Shown: positions 11,881 to 25,450, counted from the first letter of the stretch. The stretch is DNA of 64,000 nt from Ministeria vibrans ATCC 50519 (GCA_943704425.1 CALSCP010002497.1:128798-192797), one strand, 5' to 3'. A program made the numbers and translations. Notes: a model not told the origin generated them from the letters alone.

Positions 11881-14800
11881 TATCCTCTCAACATTTCCCT
11901 TTTTTACTCCCTATTCGGCTGCTTTGCTCTGACACGCACTCGTGGCCATGCGTAGGGGAGAAGAATGGTACGCGCATGGAGTTTCAATTTCCGGAAAACT
12001 TTGAGTTTGAAGGGACGTGTGGCGACGAAGCAATGCACTTGGAGTCGTGGGTGCTCAACGAGCAGACGCGCAGGCACTTTGGCTCGATGAAGCTGCTCGC
12101 GCGCTCCTTTCGCTGTGCGCTGTGCGACCAGCTTTTTGATCGAGGCGCTCGCGCTCTGGCCCACTTTGCGCAGCATCACACGGATGCGATGGCGTCTAGC
12201 ACACACACCACCAGCACCATTGTTGCCAACGACGACGACGACGATGACGCCGCCGCCGCCGCCGCCGACGACGACGCTGCCGACGCGTCCCATCTACTCT
12301 ACTCCACGGCGTCACGTCAGTCGCAGCACCAGCAGGCCTTGCTCGCTTCCCCCTCCACCATCGCTGCCACTCGGACACGTCGCTCCACTACCAAACGCAC
12401 TTACCAAGACTCAGTTGATCCAAGCGAGTATGACGACCTTGAAGGCAATGACGACAGTTCCAACGACGGTTCCATCTCCGTCACAGCTCAATCTTCGCTA
12501 CAGCAACAGCATCAGCGCAAAAAGAATCGGCTCGACTCTGACTCAACTAGTCGCAAGGCTCAACTTCAACAAAAACTTCAACGTAAACAACAGCAGGAAC
12601 AAGAACAACATCTACAGCCACCACTGCAGCCACCGCAGTTGCAATCACAGTTGCACCACACTTCTATACCCTTTTCCGATGCCAGTGCCATTCCTACACC
12701 TCCCGTTCTACGCAAAGCGTTTGCTGCCGCAGCCGCCGCAGCGTCGGACGCGTCAGCAAGCAACCATGCGTATTCGGCAACGGCTGCAGCTGCAGCCGTT
12801 GCCGCCGTGGCAGCCACTACCAACAGCACAGCCTACTCGCAATTCTCGCCTCTTCTTCCTCCGTCCGCCTCTGCCGCCACCCTCAACACCCCCTTCTCGC
12901 CAAGTCTCCAACCCTTTGTCTTCTTATCCCCGGACAACGCCGCCAGTGCCACCACGACGACTAAAGCTGGACCTTCATTTACATCGCCACAACAGTACGC
13001 TCAGCTCAAGCAGCCGTCCGCCCCCGCACGCGTCATGACGGGCACCCTCGGCGTGATTCCGCCACCGTCTGCCCCATCCGGCACCACCCCTCTCATGGCA
13101 CGCGACAAGACACTCCGTACTCCAGGTCAACTGCACGGCGTGCCTCTCTTTTCGTCACCCCCCGCAGACATGGCGCGCGTGCATGAAGCGCGTGATATGC
13201 TTGTCGACACGGCTCGCTCCGAGTTGGCACCCTCCCAGGTCATGGCCATTGTCGCTCCCCCAGGGTATGGCAAGACTCGTCTTCTTGCGCGCCTCGTTTC
13301 CGAACAGAAAGTCCGCCGCGTCTTCTCCGACGGCATCTACTGGGTCTTTTGTGGCACTCACGGTGCCTCGCCTATGCCCGCCGGCACCACTGTCCATGGT
13401 CCCCCTACCACACCCACTCCTCCTCTCGACACCTCCAAGAAGACCACCTCGAGCCCTCCCATCACAGAAACCCCGCCACCACTGCCGGACACCGACAACC
13501 CGCGGCCCATTCGACGCATTCTCAACACCATCAGTGCGCTCATTCCAACATTCTACCAGCGACACGACCGCGCCGACGTCGCCGCCATGAGCGACTTTGC
13601 ATTGCGCGAGGCACTCGCCGCACACGTCAAAAAGAAGCAAATTCTGCTCGTGCTCGATGGCATCTCGTCGTCGCTCGAGCTCCAGCGCTCCTTCATCACG
13701 GGTCACTCGGCTCTGTCGTACACGCTGGTGGCCACGCGTGACATTGCTACCATCTCACCACAGCCCTGGCAACTCTCTCAGGCGGGCCTTGTGTTGGTCC
13801 AACCCGACGCAGTGGCTCTCTTTATGCTGGCACGTGCCAACGATGGTTCTGCTGCTGCGTTTACAGCGCCCGAACGTCTCTTGTGGTCACCACTGCTGAC
13901 TCAGCTTGAACAGACCGTGTTTGTTACAGTGCGCAGCCTTAGTGCCATTCTTGAGCACATCCGAGCGCCCACGGAAACGTGCATTGTGATTCCTTTGGCG
14001 GCCGTCCAGTGGATCTGCAGCACCCTCCATGGTTTCTCGCCCGACCATACCTCCCGTGCCTGCACTCGTCTCTACCAGTGTGGTGTGCTTGCTCTGCCCG
14101 ACGGCGTTTCGCTCAAACTTGCACTTCCCCTTGTACTATCGCTCGAGAACACCGACACGTCTGCGTCGCTGCTTAATCTCCTGGTCACCCTGTACCGTCG
14201 TGCGTCGGCAAGTAACTCGCGGACAGGCGAGCCGAGCGATGAATGTACTGTACAACTACTGCGTCCCTGGGTCGATACTCTCGTGAGCGGTACCGATAGC
14301 AATGGTGACAATTTTTCCCGCTGGGCTCATGAGTCGCCGTCACGGGAGGGCAACGCCGACGACGACAAGAGGGGCAACAAAGAGGAGGCACTATCGCGAG
14401 CACACGAGTTTAGTGCCAAGTCGCTCAGCTCGCGACTGGTGTCTGCCATGCGCTCGGGTGAACCGGCCAAGATGCTTGCCGAACTGATCGACGGCAATGC
14501 CGATGTGGACATTCACACCGTGGATCCCTCAACAGGTCAGCTTCCCCTCAACATTGCCGTGAGCACACGGGACTCGGCGCTTGTCGAGATGTTCTTGTCA
14601 CGCGGCCACATGCGACGTGATGCCTGTGGTCTTTCCGCTCTTGACGTGGCTGTCACGACCTTTGTCGATCCTTCTATTTTGCGCACTCTCTGTGGCGCAC
14701 TTGCCGCACAGTCTGAACCACTTGCGTCCGTTGAGCCGCATCGCTGGCACCCGCTCATGATGGCTGTGGCACACAACCTGCCCCTGGAGACTGTTCGTCT

Positions 14801-15827
14801 TCTGCTCGAGCAACAAAGTTGCGATCGCAATGTTGTCGAACGAGCCTTGCATGTCGCCATCGAGATGCACTGTGAGGCGCTAAGCGAAACGGTCAGCCTT
14901 CTGGATGGCGAGTCTGGTACGTATTCCAAGGCGCTTGTGGAGTTTCGCAGAGCTGTGCGCTCGGACGCGGACGCCCTGGCACGTCTGCTGCGCCAGGCCG
15001 ATGGCGATGTGCATCTGCGAATGCTCTTGAGCGACATTGCACAACGCGAGTCGCTGTTACACTCAGTAGTTGGCACCGCTGTAAACAGCAATGGCACAGA
15101 TGACAGCAGTGAGGGGGACCGCATTGAGCGGACTATACATCTCCTTGTGCATGGACTCGGTGTGGACGTGAACGCGCCTGCGTACCGATCGACGTCAAGC
15201 GATACTCCGTTGCATGTTGCTGCGCGTGTCAATGCGCATGCAGTCACAGCTCTTCTTGCGTGCCATGCGAACGAACATAGACTCAATGAGGCGGGGGAGA
15301 CACCCCGTGTCTGTGCCCTGGCCCTGAAAACACCCGGTGCCAAGGCGTGTGCAGCCATCTTTGAGGAACGTAATGCGATAGCAGCCAAAGCGGCGGCAGA
15401 CAAGGCAGCGGTCGAGAAGGCAGCGGCGGACCAGGCAGAGGCAGATGATGCGTCGCTGGCGGCGGCCGAGACCCTGCACTCGATGAGCACTACGCCCGTC
15501 ATCCAGCTTGGTGCTGCGCCTACTCCCGACATGTATACGCTGCGCGACAACGGTCTGCTCCCACCCAGTCCGGCCAGTGCCACCACCGCCTCAGCTCGCG
15601 CAGCACCCCTCTCAGGGTTCACACCACCGCCTGCTTCGACGGCACCCCCAGGGGCAAAGAAAAATTTTCCCCTCGCAACGCCTCCGCCCTCCCGTTCCAT
15701 TCTGCGCGCTCCTCCGTCACAGCCCAAGGGCACCGCCAATGCCACCACCACTCCGTCCTTCTCGGGCCTCGTTAACGCCCTCACCACTGCCCCTACTCCC
15801 GACGTCAAATCGCTGATGGAGCAGTAG
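11624..15827 (+). CDS. C2H2 zinc finger + NB-ARC/Apaf-1-like P-loop NTPase + ankyrin-repeat protein, 2 exons
   Basis: Exons 11624-11768 and 11956-15827 join in phase 1; FRCALCDQLF...LAHFAQHH; Walker A APPGYGKT; FSDGIYWV; Walker B LLVLDGI; ankyrin repeats (GQLPLNIAV, WHPLMMAV, DTPLHVAA). Confidence 0.75.
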
Positions 15828-15950
15828 TTTATCCTTGTAAAATACATACGTGAACGTTCTTAATATCAAAATAATATGAATTTAATACTATTAAAATCAT
15901 AAGACAATAATAATAATAATAATTATTATTATTATTAGAGAATCGAGAGC

Positions 15951-15998
<48 letters not shown>

Positions 15999-16108
15999 TT
16001 ATTATTACTATAATCAAGTCTACGGCGGAAGTATTGTTCTGCTCTTTGTATATATAGTCTTGTTTTGACATTGAGTACAACTTTTTCTTATTATTATTAA
16101 TTTCGTTG

Positions 16109-17733
16109 TTACATTTCCATTGCAACTGAGCTAGGATGAGGAGCAGCGGCAAAAGGTCCGAGAGAAACGTACTCGGCTATGCGCTGTCGGAGGTCGGGAG
16201 AGAGGACGGTCGAATCGGAGGCGAAGCGACGTGCAGTGGCAAACTTGAGCTGACAGACAGAACTAGAGTGGTCTGAGGAGCGACTGAGAAGGAACTCAAG
16301 AAAGCCTGGGGTGTGTGCAATAGCAACACGGGCAAATGGATGCTGGGCAAGGGAGGCGAGGGCGTGGTAGGCGGGAAGATGGAGGTTGGGGAAGGGATTG
16401 CGGGCACAAGCGAAGAGGGAAAGAAGAAGGTCGGGAGTGCCGATGGTGGCACGCGTGAAGAGGGCCGTGTGTGCGGCGCTGAGAGGCTCACAGTGATCTT
16501 CAAAGAGACGCGCAAAGGCGGCAAGAGCTGCAATACGGAAGGAGTCGCGGGTGGTGCGCGAGAGGAGAGAGGCGAGGGCGCCAACAAGGTCGGGGGAAGA
16601 ATGCTCGGCAGTGAGGGTGACGCCATGGGGTCCTGTGCCGAGCAGACCAAGTGCCGTGATGCATGAAACGGTGATTGTTTCGTCTGATGGGTCGCTGATG
16701 CCGGCGTGGATGCGTTGGAAGAGAATGGAGACGGCTGAGTCGGCCATGAGGTGTGCGGCGACTGCGCGTGCCACCAGCTGAAGAGTTGTGGGAAAGCACA
16801 TGGCCTCGAGCAATGGGTCGTCGGAGGGAGTAGAGAGGCTGTCGAGGAATGCCTGGAGGACGCCCGAGTCGCGCAGGAAAGAGTGTGCGCGGGGGGCATC
16901 AAGGAGAGAGGCGCAGTGTTCGGCGACGCTGACTCGCACGAGCACGTCGGTGCTGCGCGCGTCCTGGACAAGGCGCGTGTGGACGGTGCTGTGCAGAGTG
17001 ACATGTGCAGCAAGCTGGTAGATGCGAAAGCGAACCTCGTCGGAGACGTCCATGAGAGTGGTGATGTGTTGAAGGAGAGCTTCGGGCAGGGCAACGGGGG
17101 AGGGAAAGGCACGGGACATGGCCGAGCAGACGGCGTTGGTGACGGCCATAGAGTCATTGGCAAGAAGCGACACGACCGCAGCGGCCACGTCGAGGTTCGA
17201 GGCGAGTGGTTCGCCGGCGAGAAGACGCACGCAGAGGATGCGCACCGACTCGAGCGGGTGAGACAAACCGGCCACAATGCTGTCGGTGAAGTTTGCGGGA
17301 GTTGCGGATGGCAGAGCGGGCAGGGCGTCGAGGAGCCGCTCGAGGATGGTGCATGCCGACTGTTGATGTGTGGGCGACGTGCTGGTGGCGAGGACGTGAA
17401 GCATGGCCGCAATGAGCTGTGCGTTGACCGACAAGATGGAGTATTTTTTTTTTCTTCTCTTTCGCGATTGTTCACTTGTTCCTTACCTGTTCGAGTTTGG
17501 CGACGCTCTCTGAGTCTAGGCTTGCCACGGTGGGTACTAAGACGGAAGATTGATCAGACAGATTGATGGAGATTTAAGATTGGGAAAATGTGGAGAGAGT
17601 GAGTGAGAGAGTGGAAAACCTTACAGAATTCGGCCAAGGCGATGGTGAGGGTATTGAGCGAGTCACCCGTCACCGTTGCATCGTGGGTGGTTTGGAGCGT
17701 CGTAAAAAGTGATGCAAGCGGGAGATCCGTCAT
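16109..17733 (-). CDS. PSMD5: 26S proteasome assembly chaperone S5b/Hsm3 (ARM/HEAT repeats), 3 exons
   Basis: EVRFRIYQL, DVLVRVSVAE, ARNPFPNL, PGFLEFLLSRS, YVSLGPF...VAMEM match PSMD5; two upstream exons (ATG 17733) join in phase. Confidence 0.8.
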
Positions 17734-18039
17734 CGTGAGTGAAAATGAATGATAATTAATGTTAAATTATTATTGTTGATTGACTAGAGACATTTGATCG
17801 AATTCTCAAAGGTATAGGTTGCTCATGTAAGAGTGGAAGCAGTCGAAGTTGGGTTGGAACTTGGAAGGCAAGAATGACAAGGGTGCTGCCATAGCAGATG
17901 TCTTTTGGGGTCACCTTCTTTATATTGCGACGCGCCCGAGCTCACGCAGTGCCACCGTAGTGCCCATTTCCGTACCCGACACCACGATCCATCCGCATCG
18001 CTCCTTTGAGCTGCAGTGACGTATACGACTGTGCCACCT

Positions 18040-18225
18040 CCACCTTGACTGGTACAAAAGGTTGGGCGGCTATAGTGCACAACCGAGTACGTCACAGAGT
18101 ACATGGCGCGCAGGAGACACACGGTGCCTGGTGGCACACATGACATGGGGAGCAGGTGCCAGAGGCTGTCGCGAGGTACTGAGTTGAATGCCTTACTGGA
18201 GTCGATGAAAGCGAGGATGCCCTCG
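18040..18225 (-). mobile_element. Decayed non-LTR retrotransposon reverse-transcriptase fragment
   Basis: AFIDSSKAFNSVPRDSLWHLL...VP...LLRAMY...F.TSQG matches the LINE RT F.D..KAFDSV...LW...G..QG region; no YADD motif, short. Confidence 0.75.
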
Positions 18226-18388
18226 GCGGCTCGGGTCAGGTGCACGTTGACTGTGGTCAAAAGAATAGTATAAGTTTAAAGCAAAACTGAAACAAGTAAT
18301 AAGCGCAGACGTGTGATTCTTCACCGTCTGTCAAACAAACTCTACAGTTTGAATAAGAATGAGAATAATTGTAAAAAAGAAGCACATT

Positions 18389-18559
18389 TTATGCACTGGG
18401 CCCTTTCCCTTGTGAGAGTGACTCGTTGATCTTGTCAATGATGGACAGGAGATCAGCAACGCCGTCACACACATAGTGAGCGCCGACGTTGGTCATGGCA
18501 GTGGAGCCAGCAGCAAGACGGGACGCAAGCTGCGTACAAAGAGAACGAGTGAGCGAGTG

Positions 18560-18601
<42 letters not shown>

Positions 18602-19828
18602 AATAATAGGAAAGTGAAAGAAAGAAGGCAAGAAAGAACAAAAGAAATAACAAATTGAAGAAAAAAAAAGAACAAAAAACAAAAATAAATGAAGGGAGAG
18701 AGACTGAGCGTCGTCACAATGAAAGCAATGTGCACCGAGGTCGCTACCTCATCAACTGGAAGGGCATCTGCGTCTTCGCGGGACAGCCCGAGCATGTTTC
18801 CGGTGCGCACGACACCGACAGACCAGCAGCCAGCATTGACGCCGCTCGACACGTCCGCAATGGTGTCGCCCACCTTGACGACACGGCGCGGTGGGTGCAC
18901 ACCCGCGGCCTCCATGCACTTGAAGATGAGCCAGGGCGCCTAGACAGTCGTCTGTGAGTCACAATGGGTTTGGTTAGTGCTCTTATTTCGGATACGGGGC
19001 GTCCTTTGGAGACGGCGTCGGCGCAGTAGGTGATGTCGGGCTTGAAGACATCTTTGGTCTGACTCAACACAATCTCCATCATCTCTTGGTTATAGCCTGT
19101 GGTGGCGGCCACTTTGATGCCACGTGCAGACAGTGCCGTGATGGTCTCGGCGACACCGGGAATCATATCGCAGTGCTCGGGCAAGCGACCAAGCTACAAC
19201 ACAAACTTGTCAACACAAACCCACTCAAACCAGGCACACACACTCAAAACACTGTCAACGTCTTGTCCCTCTGGACGTCCGCAGCACTCCAATTCTTTGA
19301 CAAAACGTAATGCACTGCAATTCTCCTCAACATGCACCACCAAGCGTGGCCATTTGGCAATGGCGATTGAAGCGAGGTCGTTTTCACATGTTTTGTGTGG
19401 GACGACTTGCGTCGAAAAATGATCTGGTTTGTTTCCTACCTGAAGCGGAATGAACTCAGCGTAGAGACTGTCGATGTCGGCATCGGACGCCTTGCTGCCC
19501 TTGGACTTGATCCACTGCTCCGCAACGGCGGGCATGTCGAGCAGCGCCGCGATGTGTGCACGCTTGTTCAAACCCATCTAAAAACCGCCACAGCGCCGTT
19601 ACTCCGGCCGATAACTTCGCTACCAACGGCGCACTGCAAATATAACAACACAACACGCATGCGTACGGGTTCGCGCGCCTGGGAGTCGGTCACAGTGACG
19701 CCGTGGTTGCCAAACAGTTTCACAAACATTGCGGCGGGTGCGCGCGAGCCATAGTCAACGCACGTGCCCGCCATGTCAAGCACGACTAGTCCCACTGTCT
19801 CTGCTGTATCTTCGCGAGCACGCTTCAT
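18389..19828 (-). CDS. phnX: Phosphonoacetaldehyde hydrolase (phosphonatase, HAD family), 5 exons
   Basis: Exons 19828-19667, 19577-19440, 19193-18996, 18939-18748, 18529-18389; [25 protein letters not shown] (Schiff-base Lys), TTGY, GRPAPW, VKVGDT..D...G.NAG.W.VGV..GN.LGLS. Confidence 0.93.
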
Positions 19829-19950
19829 TAGTAAGAAAGGTGGAGAATCCGTCAATAATACTAAAATTGTAAAAAATAGTAATCATTATTATTATTATTA
19901 TTATTAATAATAATAATTATAAATTTGGATCTTCTTCTTCTTCTTCTTAT

Positions 19951-21735
19951 TTATTTCCAATGGCGCTGAAGAGACCCCGACGCAACCTCCCCCTGCTGGT
20001 TGCGCACCAACGGATGCACGTTGCGTCCATGTCTTTTCCGCTCGGCAATCACATCGTTGGTATACTTGAGGAAGCGTGCGTCTTCCTCCGCCTGTGTGCG
20101 CCGTTGCTGCTCGAGCGCCTGTCGCTTCTGCTCCGCTTCGCGTGCCAATTGTTCTTGTCTCTGTTGCATCTGCGTCAATTGCATTTCGCGCACCCCCGAC
20201 GCGCGTTCCCGTCGCGCACGTTCTCTCTCCGTCTTCTCCCGCACGTATTCTTCGTGTGCGCGAATCCCTTCGAGTCGCAACTGCTCATTCTCGCGACGCT
20301 TCATCTCTTCCGCACGCACCATCTGCACACGTTGCTCCTCCAATGTTCGTCTGGTCTGGTCCGCATACGCGCGTTGTGCTTCACGTGCCTTGGAATCTTT
20401 CTCCTCCTGTGCGCGCCACAGCAGTCCTTCCTGCAGTTCGCGAGTCGGTGCGTCCCTCGCCGCACGCGCCTCTCTCTCGCGTCGCTCAGCCTCCGCCTTG
20501 GCCCACACCTGCTCCTGCAGCTTTGTCCTCCGCACCGTTCGCTTCTTCTCCAGCCCAGCTCGTACCGCCGCCCGTTCTTGCTGCTCCCTCTCCCACTCTG
20601 CGCGCGCCCGCTCCTCCTCCACCTCCCTCACCCGCTGTGCCTCCCCTCGCTTCCATCGCAGCTCTTCTACCTCCCGCATCACTCCCTTCTCGTGCTGCGC
20701 CATCTCTCGTCGCCGTCGCTCTTCCTCCTTTTGCTGTGCTTGCCACGCTTGTGCCTCCTTTTCCATTCGTTCTCGTTCTAACATCGTTAATATAATAATA
20801 ATTATTATAATTATTATTATTATTATTGTTTTTTTTTATTTCATTACCTCTTTTCGCTTCGAGCTTCCCGTGTTGCGCCTGGGTTTGGCTCAGCTGCATA
20901 CTAGACTGCAAATCGGCATCGAGCGCGCGTCGAGCGTGTCGTTTCTCTTCGTATTGCAGTTCGTCGTGCACCAGTGCTTCGTATGCGGCCTCCTCCGCAC
21001 GACGCGCCTCTTCTGCGCGTGCTTCTGCTTCTCGTGCGGCTTGCTCTCGTTTAAACGCTACCTGTGCTTCTCGCTCGGCAAGGACCTCACTCTCAAGAAG
21101 TGCCCCGTGAAATGCCTTGACACGGTGTGACTGGTAGTACCGTTTCAAGTTCGCCTCCTCAATGGCTTTGCGACGCTGCTCCTGCCTGTACCGCTCCTCC
21201 TCCTCGTCAATTCGTTGTCGTTCAAGTTCTTCCTGTGCCAATCGCTCCTCACGCGCCTTTAGCTTCACCTCACGAGCGCCCTGCGTAGAGATAAGAAAAG
21301 GGTCGATAGTCAGCAAAAATTTGCCATACTTTTCGCGTCCAAGTTCTCGACTGCTCCTTGGACATTTCGTGCTTTCGTCGACGCTCTGCTTCACGCGCGG
21401 CTTTCTCTTCATGCTCAAGGTCGTGAAGCGTCTGTCGAATGCGAGACAAATCGGATCTGGTCACAATTGTGGCGTCACCTTGGCAACGGAAGCAAAAAAA
21501 GATCAGTTTGTCTAGTGCACTAGAACGACGAATGTATGCGCTCATTGCGCTGTAGGAAGCAGTTGCTGGAGAGGAAAGAGTATGGCGTCGTAGGTATGCG
21601 TCAATGCTTACCACGCGGTTGGGAAAAGGAGGCGGGCGATGCACTGGAATAGCCTTGCTGAATCGCCAATGAGGCATATGCTTGCTGCGTTGACTTGCGC
21701 GGGTTTGTTCCTCTCGAATGGATAGTGGACGTCAT
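19951..21735 (-). CDS. CFAP210: Trichohyalin-plectin-homology (TPH) domain ciliary microtubule inner protein, 4 exons
   Basis: E/R/Q coiled coil; IDEEEERY..EQRRKAIEEAN..YYQSHRVKAFHGALLESEVLAEREAQ and C-terminal GRNVHPL match CCDC173/CFAP210. Confidence 0.8.
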
Positions 21736-21833
21736 CTATTATAATAAAATTATTATTATTATAAATTATTGGTCTTTTCACTGTTGTTGTGGTTTGTGCT
21801 TAAATAACGAGGCACAAATTTCAAATTTATTTG

Positions 21834-23425
21834 ATGTCTGCCGTTGGACCCTTACCATCGATAGACTTGAGATCGTCTTTGTGTCACACTCAATGGTTTC
21901 GATCGGGTCACGACGAGTTGGATAAGCTTATTGGTGACATTGGCGAACATCTGCACACTCGACGACGCTACTCTCTTCCCACACCCACCGCAAACGCAGC
22001 AACGCTAATTACTCCAACTGCTCAACCTGAGCTTCCGCCACTTCATGTTGCACGCCGAACTGTGTCCGCTTCGACCTCTTTGTCAAGTCGGGGCCGGTCA
22101 CGCAACGCACGTCTCAACCACTTCTTGCGCCTTCCCGACGAGCTCTTGCTTCTTATTTTCACCTTCTTGCCCTCACACACTCTGACGCAAGTTGCGTATG
22201 TGTGTCGACGATTCGAACGCGTCGCGCTGGACTGGACTTTGTGGCCGAGCGTGACCATGTCCCGTTGCCATGACAACGCCTCTTGGGCGTTTCGCGGACT
22301 TGCGCGGCGTCAGCCGCGAAGCGTTACGCTATGCCAATCAACTCATGACGTACCTCATGCCTCCTTTGTTATGTTTTCCACCATCTGTACATCTCGCTTG
22401 CGCGTTCTTCGAGTGGCTGGCTGTCGAAAATTCGACGATGAAATTATGAGCCTTCTCGCCCGCAATTGTGGTACGAGACGCATTAATCGCGCGAAAAAGA
22501 ACGTTACTGAGCTCTTCTTCTGTTCAAATCCGTTAGATTTGGAAAGCATCGATGTCAGTTGGACTGCCATCACTGATCCAGGAGTAACGGCCATGGCGCA
22601 CGGGTGTAGCAGCTCGTTACGTGACGTATGTTTGCGAGGGTGTCTGGAGGTCACATCGACATCAATTGCCACACTGGCGGAGTGTTTGGGTAGACGTTTG
22701 AGGCTACTTGATGTGCAAGCGTGTCACCGACTCACAAATGCATCTCTGGAAGCTCTCGTGGCTTGCGGGGCAGAGTTACACTCACTCAATGTCTCACATT
22801 GTCCGTTCTTTACACACTCCGCTTTCAAGCGACTTTGCGTCTCGCAGGCGAACACACTCACCACACTCAATCTTAGTGGCTGCACATGGGTCACAGACGA
22901 GCTTGTGAGCGACTTAGCACGGTCACTCACGCTTCTAACGTCGCTCTCCCTCAGCGCGTGCCATTTAGTCTCGGACACGTCCCTCTACTCCCTCTGTGTC
23001 CACCAGGGTACACCACTGCGTCTCCTTGATGTCAGCCACTGCATCCATGTGGGCGATCGCGCGCTCTTCTCCGTTGCCGACCACTGTTCGCGCTTGGAGT
23101 ATCTCAATGTCAGTGATTCCTCAATCTCAGGAGAAGGGTAAGTGTTTGGCAGTGATTTTTTTTGTGATTTTGTTTGTGTTTATTAATATAATTATTGCTC
23201 TCTTCTCGTGTACTGGATAGGATACGCTACTTCACATGTGTGAGCCAAGCTCTCACTCACACACTACATACGCTCAAAGTGGACCGCTGCGTCGGCTTTA
23301 CAACCAACACGGCACTCCGAGTGACTGAGCGAGCTGGGGCGCAGCTGCGAGTGCTTTCCTTTTTTGGATGTCGTGCCCAACTCCCATTCGTGTCTCGCTG
23401 TCCTTTGTTGTCTCTTTGCCAGTGA
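21834..23425 (+). CDS. F-box/LRR-repeat protein (FBXL type)
   Basis: F-box LPDELLLLIFTFLP...VCRRF..VALDWTLW, followed by cysteine-containing LRRs (LxxLdLSxCxxVTD); introns at ~22471-22535 and ~23138-23220. Confidence 0.9.
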
Positions 23426-23541
23426 CGTTCTGTATATATTCAAAATGATGGAATGATATTTGGCGTGCGCGAAAATTATTGTATGTATATACAGTGTTAT
23501 TACATGAAGATTGTCTACTCAACAAAGCTAAGCAAAAGGAT

Positions 23542-24403
23542 TTACGACTGAGACTGGGACACGACGCTGGGTCTCTTGTTGAGCTTCTTTGGAATGGCAT
23601 AGGCCGGAGTGAGATAAAAGGCGAGAAGAACGACAAAGGAGAATGCGGTGAGGACAAAGGCAAAGATGCCCGCCGCTTCTGGGAAGCCCTTGTACTGCAC
23701 CAGAGCACCACCGCCAGTGGGGCCCACCACTGCGAGAGAGAAAGGAGGGAGAAATGAATAAAGTGATACATGAGCGACAGGCGACGTGTCTGCGCAGTGC
23801 AGTGCGTAAGTGACATGATAAGACACTTTGAATGTTGAGCGGGAGTTGAGAGCACACCGAGTGAATGTTGTGTTGTATACCTGCTCCAATTCCGAGCGCG
23901 GCACTGAGCAATCCTCCAAGAACACTGTAGACTTCCTCTTGACGAAGCACTCGCCACTCCGCTGAGCCCTCAATGGGCTGCGCATGCCCTTCCTCTGCTG
24001 CTGCTGTTGATGATGAAGTGTCATCGTCGTTGATGGCGGTGGCGAGAAGGGCCGACTGCTCAGTGGCACTGTTAATGTGCTCGCGTGGCGCCACAGTGAC
24101 ACCACCGGTGAGGCCCAGCCGATCGTTCATAAGACAACTCATGGCAGGCAGACACGGAACCATTGTGAAGGCCGCGCCAATGCCCAAGAGGACTAGCGAG
24201 AAGATGAACAGCCACAGGTCCATCACGTCGGGTGGAAGGTGCTTGGCAATCGGAGGGTAGGGACCGAGAAAAAGGAAGCACACACATAGTGTGTTAATGC
24301 CGAGGAAGATGGGCACGCAGTGGCTTGCGCGGTCGGCAATCATCCCACTGACAGGTGCAAGAACCGCGTAGACGAGAGTGGGCGTCATGAACAGCAATCC
24401 GAC
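23542..24403 (-). CDS. MFS transporter (SLC18B1/DHA1-like), C-terminal half only
   Basis: VGLLF...LAPVSGMIADR (second MFS motif A), LFLGP, LGIGAVVGPTGGGAL; begins at an AG acceptor at 24404; no N-terminal half found in the window. Confidence 0.75.
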
Positions 24404-24478
24404 CTGTTCGGTAAGAGTATATGTATGTGTGACGAGAGGGAAAGAGAGAGAGAGAGGAGGAGGGAGGGAGAAAGATGC

Positions 24479-24690
<212 letters not shown>

Positions 24691-24773
24691 AAATGGGTGA
24701 GACATCCGTGCACGCATATAGCGTTGGTTAGGGTTGTGTATAATGCTTGTTTTGTTTAATTAACACACTGCAG

Positions 24774-25450
24774 AGATTCTATCAAGTCACGCCTGGAGTC
24801 GGGCGAGACAGTCGTTGTGGACCGGTATGCATATTCGGGCGTTGCCTTTTCGGCTGCCAAGGTAAAGATGGAGAACAAAAGTAGTACTGCTACAGACGTT
24901 GTGACCAATTTTAAACGACAATAGGGACTTGATGTGGACTGGTGTGCGAGTTCGGACAAGGGACTGCCGAAACCTGACGCACTTATTTATCTCGACATTT
25001 CCGTTGATGAAGCAGCAAAACGGTACTTGCAAGGAGATGCAACGATAGTATGTGATATAATGATTTTCATGATGTTTGTATAGAGGGGCGTATGGAGAAG
25101 AGAAGTATGAGACGCGCGAGTTGCAAGAAAAGGTCAAAAAGGTGTTTGATACGTTGAAAGATTCTTCTTGGAAGGTGAGAAGAAAAAACACACGGGAATG
25201 AACACAATGTGAACAAACAAGTCTTTTTTCCCCAAGGTGTTGGACGCGACTAAGAGTGCGGATGATCTGCACTTAGAGACCGTTGAGATTGCGTTAGAGG
25301 TAAACAAGGGAGAAGAAGAACGATAGAGAGACTGAGACAGATATTGGGTGAGAATCACAGTGAGAGTCAACACGTTTGTCTGCTTTTTGTCTTCTGCTGT
25401 AGACCATTGCCAGAGTAAAGACTCTTCCCATTGGAAAGTTGTGGGAATGA
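24774..25450 (+). CDS. DTYMK: Thymidylate (dTMP) kinase, exons 4-8 (3' half)
   Basis: Exons 24774-24861, 24925-25022, 25084-25174, 25237-25299, 25403-25450 give [36 protein letters not shown]...GLPKPD...RGAYGEEKYE...PIGKLWE*; starts at a phase-2 AG acceptor. Confidence 0.93.

Noticed and set aside
17823-18260. Active retrotransposon or retron-like system
   Set aside because: Only a ~60-aa degenerate RT piece without YADD, endonuclease or termini
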